Counted from the first letter of the stretch, positions 51,651 through 60,089 are shown. The stretch is 64,000 nt of DNA from Octopus vulgaris (GCA_951406725.2 OX597823.1:98828001-98892000); one strand, 5' to 3'. The notes: generated from the sequence alone by a model not told the origin. Numbers and translations are program-made.

Positions 51651-54600
51651 TATATAGATAAGAAAGTTTGTTTGGTAAAGCACGTGGGTGAATATATAAG
51701 AAAATAGTAAAGTGTGAAAAAACGACAGAAGGCTTAAATGTTAAAAAATATATATATTTGTGTCAAAATGTCTGGAGAATATTGGAAAAATTTTTTTCCC
51801 TTTCCTTAAAATGACATAATTTTAAAATTTTTAAAGAAATTACCGGTTTCGCGTGTAGCTTTTCAAATTTCTTGTGACGTTATGTTTATATTGCATGGAA
51901 TTATCGTTGTTTTTATTTCCAGGAGATTTCTAAATAAGGGGAGGTAGTGAGTGATTTTTTCCGGTGTAGGGGAGATAATCGCTTAAAAATTTTTTTTCCT
52001 TTTTCCTTGTTAATTTCTCTGTGTCAGTATGTTCGGATGGTTGAGTCTGGGTTTGTACTTTTCAATGAAGAATGTTTCCTTGTTCAGTCTCATTTGTGTT
52101 GATGATCCGAAAGCACATTGGTAAAATGGGAAGATTAAAAATTGTGGCAGTAGTTGCTTTGCGCATTTCTCAATGTGCTCACTAAAAGGTATCATTCTAT
52201 ATTCTGGGAATGCAATCTGTTGTCGATGCAGTGTGCATCTGCGCCTGAGTGATAGTCCCGTGGAACCCACGTAGTCTTGGTGGCAGCCCGAGCATTTAAT
52301 AACATAAATTATGTTTTCAGAGGCACAAGTAAAGTTAGATTTGATCTTAAATTTCTGTCCCTCTTTAAAGAAGAATTCTGATCCTTCCAATAGGTTAGGA
52401 CATGTTGCACAGTTCGATCTACCACATTTTTTTACTTTTGCATCCGTAATTTTAGAAGACAATTTTGCCTTTGTGAGAATCTTTTTAAGTGATTTAGGCT
52501 GTTTGTAGTAATTAAAAAAATTAACCTTAAAATAGAAACAGACATTTTTTACAAAGCCACAGACGCCAAACAATACCTTCTTTTTAATTCATGCCACCCA
52601 AGACACACTAAAACAAACATCCCCTTCAACCTTGCAAGAAGGATATGCACAATAGTGTCAGAACAAAATACCAGGAACTTTAGACTGCAAGAACTCAAAA
52701 ACACCCTAATTGACAGACATTACCCAGCTCAACTCATAGAGGATGGGATCAGACGTGCAACAGAAATCAACATAGAAACTTTAAGAAAAGTTCAACACAA
52801 CAACACACCTTCCCCGAAAATACTACCTTACATATCTACATACAACCCCAGAAACAAAGAAGCCTTCACCATCATCACCCAGAATTTACCAATACTTCAT
52901 AAAAACCCAAAATTAAAGGAAATTCTAAACATACACCAAATCATTAAAAGCTACAAACAGCCTAAATCACTTAAAAAGATTCTCACAAAGGCAAAATTGT
53001 CTTCTAAAATTACGGATGCAAAAGTAAAAAAATGTGGTAGATCGAACTGTGCAACATGTCCTAACCTATTGGAAGGATCAGAATTCTTCTTTAAAGAGGG
53101 ACAGAAATTTAAGATCAAATCTAACTTTACTTGTGCCTCTGAAAACATAATTTATGTTATTAAATGCTCGGGCTGCCACCAAGACTACGTGGGTTCCACG
53201 GGACTATCACTCAGGCGCAGATGCACACTGCATCGACAACAGATTGCATTCCCAGAATATAGAATGATACCTTTTAGTGAGCACATTGAGAAATGCGCAA
53301 AGCAACTACTGCCACAATTTTTAATCTTCCCATTTTACCAATGTGCTTTCGGATCATCAACACAAATGAGACTGAACAAGGAAACATTCTTCATTGAAAA
53401 GTACAAACCCAGACTCAACCATCCGAACATACTGACACAGAGAAATTAACAAGGAAAAAGGAAAAAAAATTTTTAAGCGATTATCTCCCCTACACCGGAA
53501 AAAATCACTCACTACCCTTATTTAGAAATCTCCTGGAAATAAAAACAACGATAATTCCATGCAATATAAACATAACGTCACAAGAAATTTGAAAAGCTAC
53601 ACGCGAAACCGGTAATTTCTTTAAAAATTTTAAAATTATGTCATTTTAAGGAAAGGGAAAAAAATTTTTCCAATATTCTCCAGACATTTTGACACAAATA
53701 TATATATTTTTTAACATTTAAGCCTTCTGTCGTTTTTTCACACTTTACTATTTTCTTATATATATATATATATATATATATACGTTTATATATTTGTTGT
53801 GCAAGATTTATTATGAGAAGTCGTGTGTTGAAACATATTGTTATATTTCGGAACGGTCATTTTGCCAGTTTAGCCAATAAAAACACATGCACTATATATT
53901 TGGTGTTATTTTGCTTCAGTGTTATTTATTTTTTACTTTAAAGAAGAAAGCAAAGGACCACTGATGCGGTCACAGGAGTGGGACGAAAGAACTCTGGCTG
54001 AAATAAGATTAAGATTAATGTAAAAAATAAATAATACTGAAGCAAAATAACACCAAATATATAGTGAGTGTGTTTTTATCGGCTAAACTGGCAAAATGAC
54101 CATTCCGAAATATAACAATATATATATATATATATCATCATCATCGTTTAGCGTCCGCTTTCCATGCTAGTTCCATGGACGGTCCAACTGGGGTTTGGGA
54201 AGCCAGAAGGCTGTACCAGGCCCAGTTTCATCTGGCAATGTTTCTACGGCTGGATGCCCTTCATAACGCCAACCACTCCATGAGTGTAGTGGGTGCATTT
54301 TATGTGCCACCAGCACAGGTGCCAGACGAGGCTGGCAAACGGCCATGATCGGAAGGTGCTTTCTACGTGCCACCAGCACGGAGGCAAGGTGAGGCTGGCA
54401 ACGGCCACGATCGGATGGTGCTTTTTACGTGCCACCGGCACAGAGGCCAGTCGGGGTGGCACTGGCAATGGCCACGTTCGGATGGTTCTCTTATGCGCCA
54501 CCAGCACTAGTATCACAGCTACAATTACCATTGATGTTGATCAATTTCGATTTTGATTTTCACTTGCCTCAACAGGTCTTAACAAGTAGAGTTTCATGTC

Positions 54601-57600
54601 CCAAGAAGGAAAAGTATGCATAAGTGGACTGGCTACAGGTAGAGGCCACGGGTTATGGTCTCACTTGTCCTGCTGGGTCTTCTCACGCACAGCATACTTC
54701 CATAGGTCTCGGTCTCTTGTCATTTCCTCGGTGAGACCTAAAGTTCGAAGGTCGTGCTTCACCACCTCGTCCCAGGTTTTCCTGGGTCTTCCTCTTCCAC
54801 AGATTCCCTCAACCGCTAGGGTGTGGCACTTCTTCACACAACTATCTTCATCCATTCTTGCCACATGACCATACTAGCACAAACGTGTCTCTTGCACACC
54901 ACAACTGATGCTTCTTAGGTCCAACTTTTCTCTCAAGGTACTTACACTCTGTCGAGTATGAACACTGACATTACACATCCATCGGAGCATACTGGCTTCA
55001 TTTCTTGCATGCTTACGCATATCCTCAGCAGTCACGGCCCAAGTTTCACTGCCATGTAGCATGGCTGTTCGTACACATGCATCATACAGTCTGCCTTTTA
55101 CTCTGAGCGAGAGGCCTTTTGTCACTAGCAGAGGTAAGAGCTCTCTGAACTTTGCCCAGGCTATTCTTACTCTAGCAGTTACACTTTCAACACACCCGCC
55201 CCCGCTACTGACTTGGTCACCTAGGTAACAGAAGCTATCAACTATTTCTAGGTTTTCTCCCTGGAATGTGGTGGAAGTTGGTCTCGGCACATTTTCAGTG
55301 TTTATTGCTCCTGAGCATCTGCTACATACAAAAACTATCTTCCTAGTTAGCCTTCCTTTGACGTTGCTGCACCTCTTATGTGTCCCTAGCTTACACTTGG
55401 TGCATCTTATAGAGTTTCTACCTATGCCTTTTCTACAGATTGAGCAGGGCCATCTACCTGAAGGCGTTTGTGATTTGCCTGCCTTCCTACTTATTAGGAC
55501 TTTGGTTTTAGCTAGGTTGACTCTAAGGCCCTTTGATTCTAATCCTTGCTTCCACACCTGAAACTTCTCCTCCAGTTCTGATAGTGACTCAGCAATTAGA
55601 GCAAGGTCATCAGCGTAGAGGAGCTCCCAGGGGCATCCTGTCTTGAATTCCTCCATTATTGCCTGGAAGACTATGATAAATAGGAGGGGGCTGAGGACTG
55701 AACTTTGGTGGACCCCTACCTCTACCCGGAATTCTTCACTGTACTCGTTGCCAACCCTCACGGCTCACACAGCTCTCACTAACCATTCATCTATCCCTAG
55801 TTTCCTCATTGACCACCAGATAAGGGATTGGGGTACCCTGTCGAAGGCTTACTCCATGTCAACGAAAGCCAGGTATAGGGGCTTATCTTTGGCTAGGTAT
55901 TTCTCCAGTCATTGGGTATGACTCCTTCGTGTATCACCTGGTTAACTATACAGGTGACTAGGCTATAGCTGACACTGCCAGATATTTTGAGCATCTCTGC
56001 AGTAATTCCTGATGGGCTTGGGACTTTCTCTGTCTTCATGCTTCTAATTGCCTTAACTACCAAGGTACTGTCAACTCGGATAGCTGGTTCCTCTGTTGGG
56101 TCAACATTCAGCAGATTCTCTTTATCCCATTCATTTTCTTTATTCAGCAACATTTCATAGTGGCGTCTCCAAACCTCTCTCTTTGCATCCTCATTTAGCG
56201 CAAGTGAACCATCATCCATGCGAACACATTTCTCTCCTACCACATCATGATTCTCTCTCACACACTGTCTTGCAACACGAAATACCTCAAGTCTTTGGTC
56301 CTCACGGTGCAGAACATTGGCAAATTTTTTCTTATCAGCTTCCCCTCTGGCTAAATAAACCTGTCTCCTAGCTTCCCTTTTGGCAGTCTGATACAATTCC
56401 CTGCTTCCACCATTCTTCCAGTCCTTCCAAGCCTGTCTCTTTTCTCTAATAGTCTACAACATTGTTCCACCACCACATTATTTTAGGTCGAGAGGGGACT
56501 TTGCACCAACCACAGATCTGGTCAGTGGCTCTCAGCAGGTTGTCCCTTAGAAACGTCCAGTTGTCTTCTACCCCATGTGAAGCTCTATCCCCTTCTACTT
56601 CATCAAAGGCTTCAAGTAATATGTCCCTAAGTCTCTGTCCATTCGCAGGATCTTTAAGCTTTCAGATCCTTCATCTCCATGTTGGTCGTCTTCTGGTTGT
56701 CCTCTTAGTCCTGATCCTAAAGTCACTAACTACCAGTCTATGTTGTGGGGCACATTCTTCGCCTGGGAAGGTTTTGGCATTTATAAGCAGCCATCTTTCC
56801 CTTTTCCTGGCAAGGATGTAGTCAATTTGGCTAGTATGTCGGCCCGATCGGTAGGTGACTAGGTGGCTGGTAGGTTTCCTGAAGTTAGTGTTGCAAACCA
56901 TAAGATCATTTGCATCACAGAACTCCAGCAGCCTGGTTCCCTCCTCATTGTGTGAACCATAACCATGGCCTCCATGTACACCATGGAAGCCCCCAGCATG
57001 TTGTCCAACATGCCCATTGAAGTCACCAGCCACAAAGAGAAGGTCTCTGTTGTTCGTCAACGAGGTAGTCTGCAGTAGGGTGTCATAGAATCGGTCTTTC
57101 TGTCCATTGGGTAGCCCCAGCTGAGGTGCATAGGCCGATATAATGGTTGCTAATCCATGATGAAGCACTAATCTAATCTTAAGTATTCTATCACATACTC
57201 TGATTACCTCAATTACCTTATCTACCCATTTTTCAGCGAGAAGTATACCCACGCCCCCAACCCCGTCAGTGTTCCCTGCCCAGAAAATCTTGTACCTGTG
57301 TTCTTTGCCTGTGAGGAACCTAGCAGAACCTCCTCTCCACCTTACTTCTTGGATGCAACATAAATCAACACGTCTCCGTTCAAGCATCTCAACAATCTCA
57401 CCAGACCTACCTTTCAGTGTGCCAACGTTGAGAGTGCCAACCCTGAGGGTGTGGGAGGTATGGGCCCTAGAGACCCTGGGACGGGGAACAGTGGCGTCAT
57501 GTACCTGAAAAGAGAGCTCGCATTTGACAGAATTCATAAGCAAACAATGATCTTAAGTTCAACCTGCTTACACTAAACTATCACGTTTTGCACTGTATGA

Positions 57601-58116
57601 TCACTACCTTATATAGTGGGGATGGTGTTCGCGTAAGGCCTTTAGGTGTTCATGGGAGACAAGCAGAGGAAGACGAGATGAGATAAGGACTTCCGGTAAA
57701 GGTGGAGGGGGCGGAGGTGGGGCAGGCGAACTGGGAACGATGGGCAAGAAATTTAAGTGATAGAAAAGGCCGATAGATGAGGGAGAAAGAGAAGATTAGA
57801 GACGAAAGGCTGTGTGATTGTGTGATAAGTTTTCATGAGTGAAAGAATATGTTGTGAGGAAATGCGTGAGCTAGGGTTTGAGACAAAAAGACATCGACAG
57901 TATATATATATATATATGTATGTATATATATATGTATGTATGTAATGTGTGTGTGCGTGTATATATATAAAGTTCATGTTCAGTTAAATGAAGGAAACAA
58001 AATGGAGAGCAAAGATAATGATAATAATAATGATGATGATGAATATATACATATATATATATATACACACACTTCTCATATATACATACACACACAAATG
58101 TATGCATATGTATGTG

Positions 58117-58151
<35 letters not shown>

Positions 58152-59197
58152 ATATATGTATATGTATATATGTATATATATATAATTGTTACCGCCATAT
58201 TAATATGACAGTCTTATATATGTAAGACTAAAAGCTGTCGCTGATTAGCTCCATGAGGGCATCGCCTTAAGATAGCTATTTGACACACAAACTGTGTCCA
58301 TTATAACCTTCGAACAAGGGAGGTCAGCCGCTTCACACTGCCAGTCAGACAGTTACAGATGCGTTTCAGGGTATTTGCCCTTTGTCAATGTAACGTAGTC
58401 AGACCCAGCAGGTGTCGCCACTGATCGTCTCTGTTCGAAGGTTTTATTTCGGTGGAAGGTTTTATTTACCGAGTTTCGGTGGAATACATCCACTTGTTTT
58501 CAATAATAGAAATATTAAAATTACTAAGTCTCTCTAAAAGAGATTACGGCAGCGTTACTGGAAATTAATTGTTATCGCCATATTAGTCTTACATATATAA
58601 GACTGCCATATTAATATGGCGATAACAATTAATTTCCAGTAACGCTGCCGTAATCTCTTTTAGAGAGACTTAGTAATTTTAATATTTCTATTATTGAAAA
58701 CAAGTGGATGTATTCCACCGAAACTCGGTAAATAAAACCTTCGAACAGAGATGATCAGTGGCGACACCTGCTCGGTCTGACTATGTTACATTGACAAAGG
58801 GCAAATACCCTGAAACGCGTCTGTAACTGTCTGACTGGCAGTGTGAAGCGGCTGACCTCCCTTGTTCGAAGGTTATAATGGACACAGTTTGTGTGTCAAA
58901 TAGCTATCTTAAGGCGATGCCCTCATGGAGCTAATCAGCGACAGCTTTTAGTCTTACATATATAAGACTGCCATATTAATATATATATATATATATATAT
59001 AATGTGTATGTATGTAATACATAAAATATCAGAACTGAGATACTATACATATGTATGTATAATATAATGCATATTAAATATTTTAACTAAATTCTAATCC
59101 TTTTCTATTATTTCTTTCTTTTAACAGGAAGGAAAAAGACAATGCTACCAAAGAAAATATTGCGATAATAACTTTTAAAAAATATGAAAGCATGTAA
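25147..59197 (+). CDS. SLC22-family transporter gene B, complete, 10 exons, 550 aa; exons 25147-25289, 30992-31205, 34014-34117, 38516-38670, 42979-43147, 46705-46944, 48120-48343, 48767-48948, 50175-50326, 59128-59197
   Basis: ATG start [17 protein letters not shown]; Cys- and N-glycosylation-site-bearing extracellular loop (CAIP..NDT..C..C..WVYD..C); [33 protein letters not shown] motifs. All introns are GT-AG; exon lengths sum to 1653 nt in frame. Confidence 0.94.
26868..27112. repeat. Zero-spacer palindromic foldback element
   Basis: Centre AAAATTTTCGAAAATTTT (26985/26986), arms ~115 bp; single arm also present at ~20105-20230. Confidence 0.8.
27905..28660 (-). mobile_element. R4/Dong-like LINE 5' ORF fragment
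   Basis: ORF 27942..28454 (CY..SEP..R.YRKQM...W...LVDQANAI) resembles the N-terminus of RLE LINE proteins. Confidence 0.55.
28850..29200 (-). mobile_element. LINE (RTE-X-like) 3' ORF fragment
   Basis: [11 protein letters not shown]...LLLWKP motif. Confidence 0.6.
29210..30660 (-). mobile_element. L1/Tx1-like LINE ORF1 relic with (ACC/AAC)n low-complexity tract
   Basis: [12 protein letters not shown]...H...C knuckle remnant and Thr-rich N-terminus; clade assignment uncertain. Confidence 0.45.
30992..31205 (+). CDS. SLC22 gene B exon 2 ([10 protein letters not shown]...CHAWVYDKS...)
   Basis: Extracellular-loop Cys residues and WVYD motif; cag/gtaagt. Confidence 0.92.
34014..34117 (+). CDS. 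SLC22 gene B exon 3 (104 nt; LNFVCHR...[10 protein letters not shown])
   Basis: cag/gtaagt; VC and G...G..SD motifs. Confidence 0.92.
34315..34698 (-). mobile_element. tRNA-derived SINE (same family as 23159-23570)
   Basis: Reverse-complement match along its whole length. Confidence 0.85.
36915..37745 (-). mobile_element. R4/Dong-like LINE 3' fragment (zinc knuckle + REL endonuclease), flanked by TAT/TAA repeats
   Basis: [30 protein letters not shown]; homologous to 22240-22790. Confidence 0.8.
38516..38670 (+). CDS. SLC22 gene B exon 4 (155 nt; KGRKLS...LRFFAG)
   Basis: cag/gtgagt; paralogous to 151-305. Confidence 0.92.
38680..39430 (+). mobile_element. Internally deleted Penelope-like element relic
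   Basis: Asn-rich ORF ending KPKVINLS (resembles the pre-RT motif of Penelope ORFs), followed by a decayed hammerhead at 39346-39380 and a TA-rich tail. Confidence 0.5.
39475..40817 (+). mobile_element. RTE-LINE, 5'-truncated copy
   Basis: [13 protein letters not shown]...GRGRPRKTW; 3' UTR and (TGA)n tail; close match to 54135-55635. Confidence 0.92.
41171..41790. repeat. Foldback element; left arm holds a hammerhead-like motif (41204-41289, -)
   Basis: Arms ~41171-41325 and ~41645-41790 are inverted; reverse complement TGCAG-CTGAAGA-TAGCTC...GAGCCA ctt-GAAA-AGGTCG-TA-CTGCA. Confidence 0.7.
42979..43147 (+). CDS. SLC22 gene B exon 5 (169 nt; IEIVPHSHR...IRDWHLL)
   Basis: cag/gtaagt; RDW motif. 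Confidence 0.92.
43667..43888 (-). mobile_element. tRNA-derived SINE (Meta-core-like)
   Basis: Near-identical to 8187-8417. Confidence 0.85.
44845..45032. repeat. Short foldback element with a decayed hammerhead in its spacer (44943-44988, +)
   Basis: Arms ATTTACAATAGATGGATAGATGTCCTCACCTTG / CAAGGTGAGGACATCTATCCATCCATTGTAAAT; AACAC-CCGATGA-A-GGCTG..CAGCC-GAAA-TG-CT-GTGGT. Confidence 0.65.
45583..46644. repeat. 35-bp minisatellite, ~30 copies (CCACTCTAACCACTTCATCACAGACCTTCTCTCCT)
   Basis: Direct tandem repeat with no spacers; period 35 confirmed by recurrence every 420 nt (12 units). Confidence 0.97.
46705..46944 (+). CDS. SLC22 gene B exon 6 (240 nt; IIDESPRWL...SFNW)
   Basis: cag/gtaagt; ESPRWL motif. 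Confidence 0.93.
47467..47504 (-). ncRNA. Minimal type I hammerhead motif with A3-U8 core pair
   Basis: Reverse complement: AAGCA-ATGAATA-GTA tct TAC-GAAA-CTGCGG-TA-TGCTT. Confidence 0.65.
48120..48343 (+). CDS. SLC22 gene B exon 7 (224 nt; [10 protein letters not shown]...VEFPAY...DRWGRK)
   Basis: cag/gtttgt; DRxGRK motif. Confidence 0.92.
48356..48596. mobile_element. Foldback element inserted at the exon 7 splice donor, with a 12-bp duplication
   Basis: Arms ~48410-48500 and ~48505-48595 are inverted; GTTTGTACTAAG repeated at 48344-48355 and 48597-48608. Confidence 0.6.
48767..48948 (+). CDS. SLC22 gene B exon 8 (182 nt; GKF...ELLPTVIRN...[10 protein letters not shown])
   Basis: cag/gtaaga; ELxPT..RN motif. 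Confidence 0.93.
50175..50326 (+). CDS. SLC22 gene B exon 9 (152 nt; LPLILFG...[17 protein letters not shown])
   Basis: cag/gtaatt; LPET/LPDT motif. Confidence 0.92.
51834..51873 (-). ncRNA. Identical hammerhead copy in the inverted Penelope arm
   Basis: Exact reverse complement of 53582-53621. Confidence 0.8.
52511..53449 (+). CDS. Penelope RT thumb + GIY-YIG endonuclease, uninterrupted partial ORF with no native start
   Basis: [24 protein letters not shown] (RT C-terminus); CxxxxCxxC linker; [19 protein letters not shown]...R...H...H...E...KPRLN (GIY-YIG). Confidence 0.88.
   Translation: MKKINLKIETDIFYKATDAKQYLLFNSCHPRHTKTNIPFNLARRICTIVSEQNTRNFRLQELKNTLIDRHYPAQLIEDGIRRATEINIETLRKVQHNNTPSPKILPYISTYNPRNKEAFTIITQNLPILHKNPKLKEILNIHQIIKSYKQPKSLKKILTKAKLSSKITDAKVKKCGRSNCATCPNLLEGSEFFFKEGQKFKIKSNFTCASENIIYVIKCSGCHQDYVGSTGLSLRRRCTLHRQQIAFPEYRMIPFSEHIEKCAKQLLPQFLIFPFYQCAFGSSTQMRLNKETFFIEKYKPRLNHPNILTQRN
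53582..53621 (+). ncRNA. Minimal type I hammerhead ribozyme (U3-A8) in the Penelope terminal repeat
   Basis: AAGAAAT-TTGAAAA-GC tacac GC-GAAA-CCGG-TA-ATTTCTT; 7-bp stem I, palindromic stem III, predicted cut after A53614. Confidence 0.8.
53820..54122. repeat. Foldback element; spacer holds a degenerate hammerhead-like motif (53958-53997)
   Basis: Arms ~53835-53936 and ~54020-54122 are inverted; CCA-CTGATGC-G-GTCACA ggag TGGGAC-GAAA-GAAC-TC-TGG. Confidence 0.65.
54135..57750 (-). mobile_element. RTE-clade LINE, near full length with internal deletions (APE endonuclease + RT)
   Basis: ORF 56671..57543: [29 protein letters not shown] (APE). ORF 54874..55761: GVHQ.S.LSPLLF, YADD (RT). (ATG)n tail. 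Confidence 0.95.
58352..58394 (-). ncRNA. Inverted hammerhead copy (stem III CGCG>CGCA)
   Basis: Reverse complement equals 58785-58827 except for one G>A change. Confidence 0.72.
58785..58827 (+). ncRNA. Minimal type I hammerhead ribozyme (U3-A8), GUC cleavage site
   Basis: GTTACA-TTGACAA-AGGG caaata CCCT-GAAA-CGCG-TC-TGTAAC; predicted cut after C58821. Confidence 0.82.
59128..59197 (+). CDS. SLC22 gene B terminal coding exon ([22 protein letters not shown])
   Basis: Strong polypyrimidine tract + cag, phase-compatible, TAA stop, Lys-rich start like gene A's last exon. Confidence 0.65.
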
Positions 59198-60057
59198 AAA
59201 CACACTTTCTTGTTTTGAAGAAAAAGAAAGGCAAAAAGAAAAAAGATGGGTTAAATCAGGAAGATAAATTGAAAGATAGATTAAGATTACAACTATAATG
59301 CAAAAGAAAGATTATCAATTTGGCAAAATACATACATATACATATATATGTCGTGTAATATTTCATTATTGATGAACAAAAAATAGTACTCCATCCAATG
59401 AGAGAGAAATATCATTTAATATGTAGAGAATTTAAATGTGAGCTACCATTAGTTTCATGCCTCAGATAACACAATGGTTAATCAAGCGTGCATAGTGTGC
59501 CATGCATTTTTAGGCAATCATTCACACTCAAAGTACAACATAGCTTTAAGAGCAGCCATTTTGCATTTTGAGTCTGAGTGATTACCTGAAAATACAGAGT
59601 GTGCTATACAAGCTTGTTCAGCCATTGTATTATCAGAGGTGGGAAATTAATAGCAGCCCACACTTAAAGCCTGTGTATATTAAATAGCACACACACACAC
59701 ACATGCATGCATGCGTATAGGTGTGCAAAGAGTGATGCAAACAAGGAAACAGAACTCAAAACATGAGTATACACATATTGTATTTATTATTAATAATTAA
59801 CAGACATTACAGAATGACTCTTGGACAGAGATTTATTCGGTAATCTCTGCCAATGAATAAATAATCCTTTAGGCACAAAGTCTGACTTGGGGGGGGGGGG
59901 GCTCATTAATTACATCAGCCTTAGTTCTTGACTGCTACTTACTCAGAATGTAAAGTTGGATGAAATTCCACTAAGCATTTTGCCCAGTGGGCTAATGAGT
60001 CTTCCAATTTGCATCATTATTATTATTATTATTACTACTACTACTACTATTACTATA

Positions 60058-60089
<32 letters not shown>

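Larger units (their letters stand above)
51692..53765 (+). mobile_element. Penelope-like retroelement (PLE), 5'-truncated, with inverted 5' duplication of its 3' end
   Basis: Plus copy 52509-53765; inverted copy 51692-52508 mirrors 52951-53765 almost perfectly (one 4-nt indel seen); sits in TA-rich microsatellite. Confidence 0.93.
58183..58983. mobile_element. Non-coding retrozyme-like / PLE pseudo-LTR element: two inverted copies of a ~365-nt hammerhead-containing unit
   Basis: 58183-58584 (-) mirrors 58583-58983 (+); direct terminal redundancy TTAGTCTTACATATATAAGACTGCCATATTAAT at 58583 and 58948; flanked by (TA)n. Confidence 0.8.

Noticed and set aside
52010-52573. 187-aa minus-strand GIY-YIG ORF as an independent gene
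   Set aside because: It is the inverted duplicate of the Penelope 3' end; its N-terminus is just antisense of the plus-strand ORF.
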